This document shows positions 63,000 to 64,000 of a stretch of DNA of 64,000 nucleotides, piece by piece. The notes beneath the pieces are model-generated. The model saw nothing but the letters and a program-made list of their open reading frames with translations. It had not been told where the DNA came from and searched no databases. Origin of the DNA: a virus (lineage: Duplodnaviria; Caudoviricetes); the IMG/VR virus record IMGVR_UViG_3300032330_001078, positions 2,575-66,574 of that record. One strand, 5' to 3'. Position numbers and translations under genes: made by a program. Each line of letters begins with the position of its first letter. The stretch's first letter is position 1.

Positions 63000-63073
63000 G
63001 CAGTCAAAGTGTTACGGTAGCACATCGGTCTCCAAAACCGATAGCCTAGGTTCGACTCCTAGTGACTGTGCCA
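63000..63073 (+). tRNA. trnW: tRNA-Trp (CCA)
   Basis: Acceptor GCAGTCA/TGACTGT, D-arm GTG/CAC, anticodon arm TCGGT-CTCCAAA-ACCGA, T-arm CTAGG-TTCGACT-CCTAG, G73, encoded CCA. Confidence 0.93.
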
Positions 63074-63110
63074 ATGTAGTATTGACTGACCACCAATAGT
63101 AGGAGCACGA

Positions 63111-64000
63111 ATGTCAAATGCGCCAGCGTTCAGTCTTACTCGTCCTCCCACAAATAAAGAAGAGTTATGGTGGACTGTCAAGACTCTTTGGGGTGTTGAA
63201 TTACCTAGAGTGCAGGTGTGTCCAGATCACACAGCACCTTTTGATGCATTTGCGGAGGCTTATTTTGGTAACGACTATAACTGGGTTCTTTGGTATGGTT
63301 CGCGTGGCACTGGCAAAAGCTACATGCTTGCTCTTCTGGCACTTACTAAAGCGGCTCTTCTAGAAATCAATGTAACTCTTCTTGGCGGGTCTATGGCTCA
63401 GTCGCAGAACATTCAAGAGCACGTTGAGTCTTTGACACAGTTTCGTAATGCGCCTGTACACGCTATTGAAAGCATCATCAAGACACAGATTACGTTTACT
63501 GGTGGTAACTGGATTAGACCACTTCCGGCATCCCAAAAGACTGTTCGTGGTCCTCACCCACAAATGACTTTGCTGGATGAGATTGACGAAATGGAACGTA
63601 AGATCTATGACGCTGCAATGGGTCAGGCTATGACTAAGCCCAACGTACGTGGTGTAGAGGTAGCTGAAATGGTTGTCGCTTCAAGTACGTGGCAGAACCC
63701 TGTTGGTACATTTCAGTCTGTCATGGATGAGGCTTTGGCTAAAGGTATGCCTATTCGTACATGGTGTTATAGAGAGCAGTTGCGTCCTAATGGCTGGATG
63801 GACCCTGATTTTATTGAGCGTAAAAGAATGTCTGTTCCGGCTGAAATGTTCCGTGTTGAGTACGAGTTAGGCGAGCCTGCTGGTGGTTCGCGTGCGTTTG
63901 ATTTGGACAAGCTTAATAGAGCATTTGTTGACATTCCAATTATTGATGAAAGGCAGGCGGGTAATGATGAGGAATGGGTTTTTGAGCATCCTATGCCTGG
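63111..64000 (+). CDS. terL: Terminase large subunit, 3'-truncated by the window end
   Basis: Not in track because it has no stop; AGGAG RBS; WYGSRGTGKS (Walker A), VRGPHPQMTLLDEIDEM (Walker B), VVASSTW. Confidence 0.9.
   Translation, partial: MSNAPAFSLTRPPTNKEELWWTVKTLWGVELPRVQVCPDHTAPFDAFAEAYFGNDYNWVLWYGSRGTGKSYMLALLALTKAALLEINVTLLGGSMAQSQNIQEHVESLTQFRNAPVHAIESIIKTQITFTGGNWIRPLPASQKTVRGPHPQMTLLDEIDEMERKIYDAAMGQAMTKPNVRGVEVAEMVVASSTWQNPVGTFQSVMDEALAKGMPIRTWCYREQLRPNGWMDPDFIERKRMSVPAEMFRVEYELGEPAGGSRAFDLDKLNRAFVDIPIIDERQAGNDEEWVFEHPMP

Noticed and set aside
54398-64000. Inteins, introns or stop-codon reassignment in dnaE, dnaB and terL
   Set aside because: The ORFs are uninterrupted and of normal or short length; the tRNA-Trp has a standard CCA anticodon

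Overview
The window is most of a tailed dsDNA phage genome (siphovirus-type, tape measure about 1700 aa). The host is probably an actinobacterium, given WhiB, RuvC, DnaE-type polymerase and actinophage-like portal, capsid and tail genes. Layout: (1) 1-39.6 kb, + strand virion operon: portal, XkdF-like prohead protease, scaffold, decoration protein, major capsid, head-tail joining, tail tube, frameshifted tail chaperones, tape measure, tail tip and fibres. The head part is unusually crowded with basic Gly/Ala-rich proteins. (2) 39.7-61.1 kb, mainly - strand accessory and replication genes: HTH regulator, DUF932, HNH, putative TerS, WhiB, RuvC, Cas4-like nuclease, DnaE, SSB, primase and DnaB, with a short inverted + strand island. 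(3) 61.1-64 kb: AT-rich repeat region, M23 lysin, an 80-nt tmRNA-like RNA, tRNA-Trp and the start of the terminase large subunit. Three observations stand out. First, a tmRNA tRNA-like domain (intact G3.U70 alanine acceptor) whose whole mRNA-like and pseudoknot region is replaced by a 32-nt hairpin. Second, a probable programmed -1 frameshift (C CCA AAA plus a perfect 10-bp stem) fusing a 1111-aa head-region protein to a CbbX/SpoVK-type AAA+ ATPase. Third, a [V/I/L]-x-K-[A/S/G] motif recurring through the head-region proteins and delimiting cationic glycine-zipper segments, suggesting protease-processed capsid cargo. No integrase, reverse transcriptase or CRISPR array was seen. All family assignments come from motif recognition by eye, not database searches.
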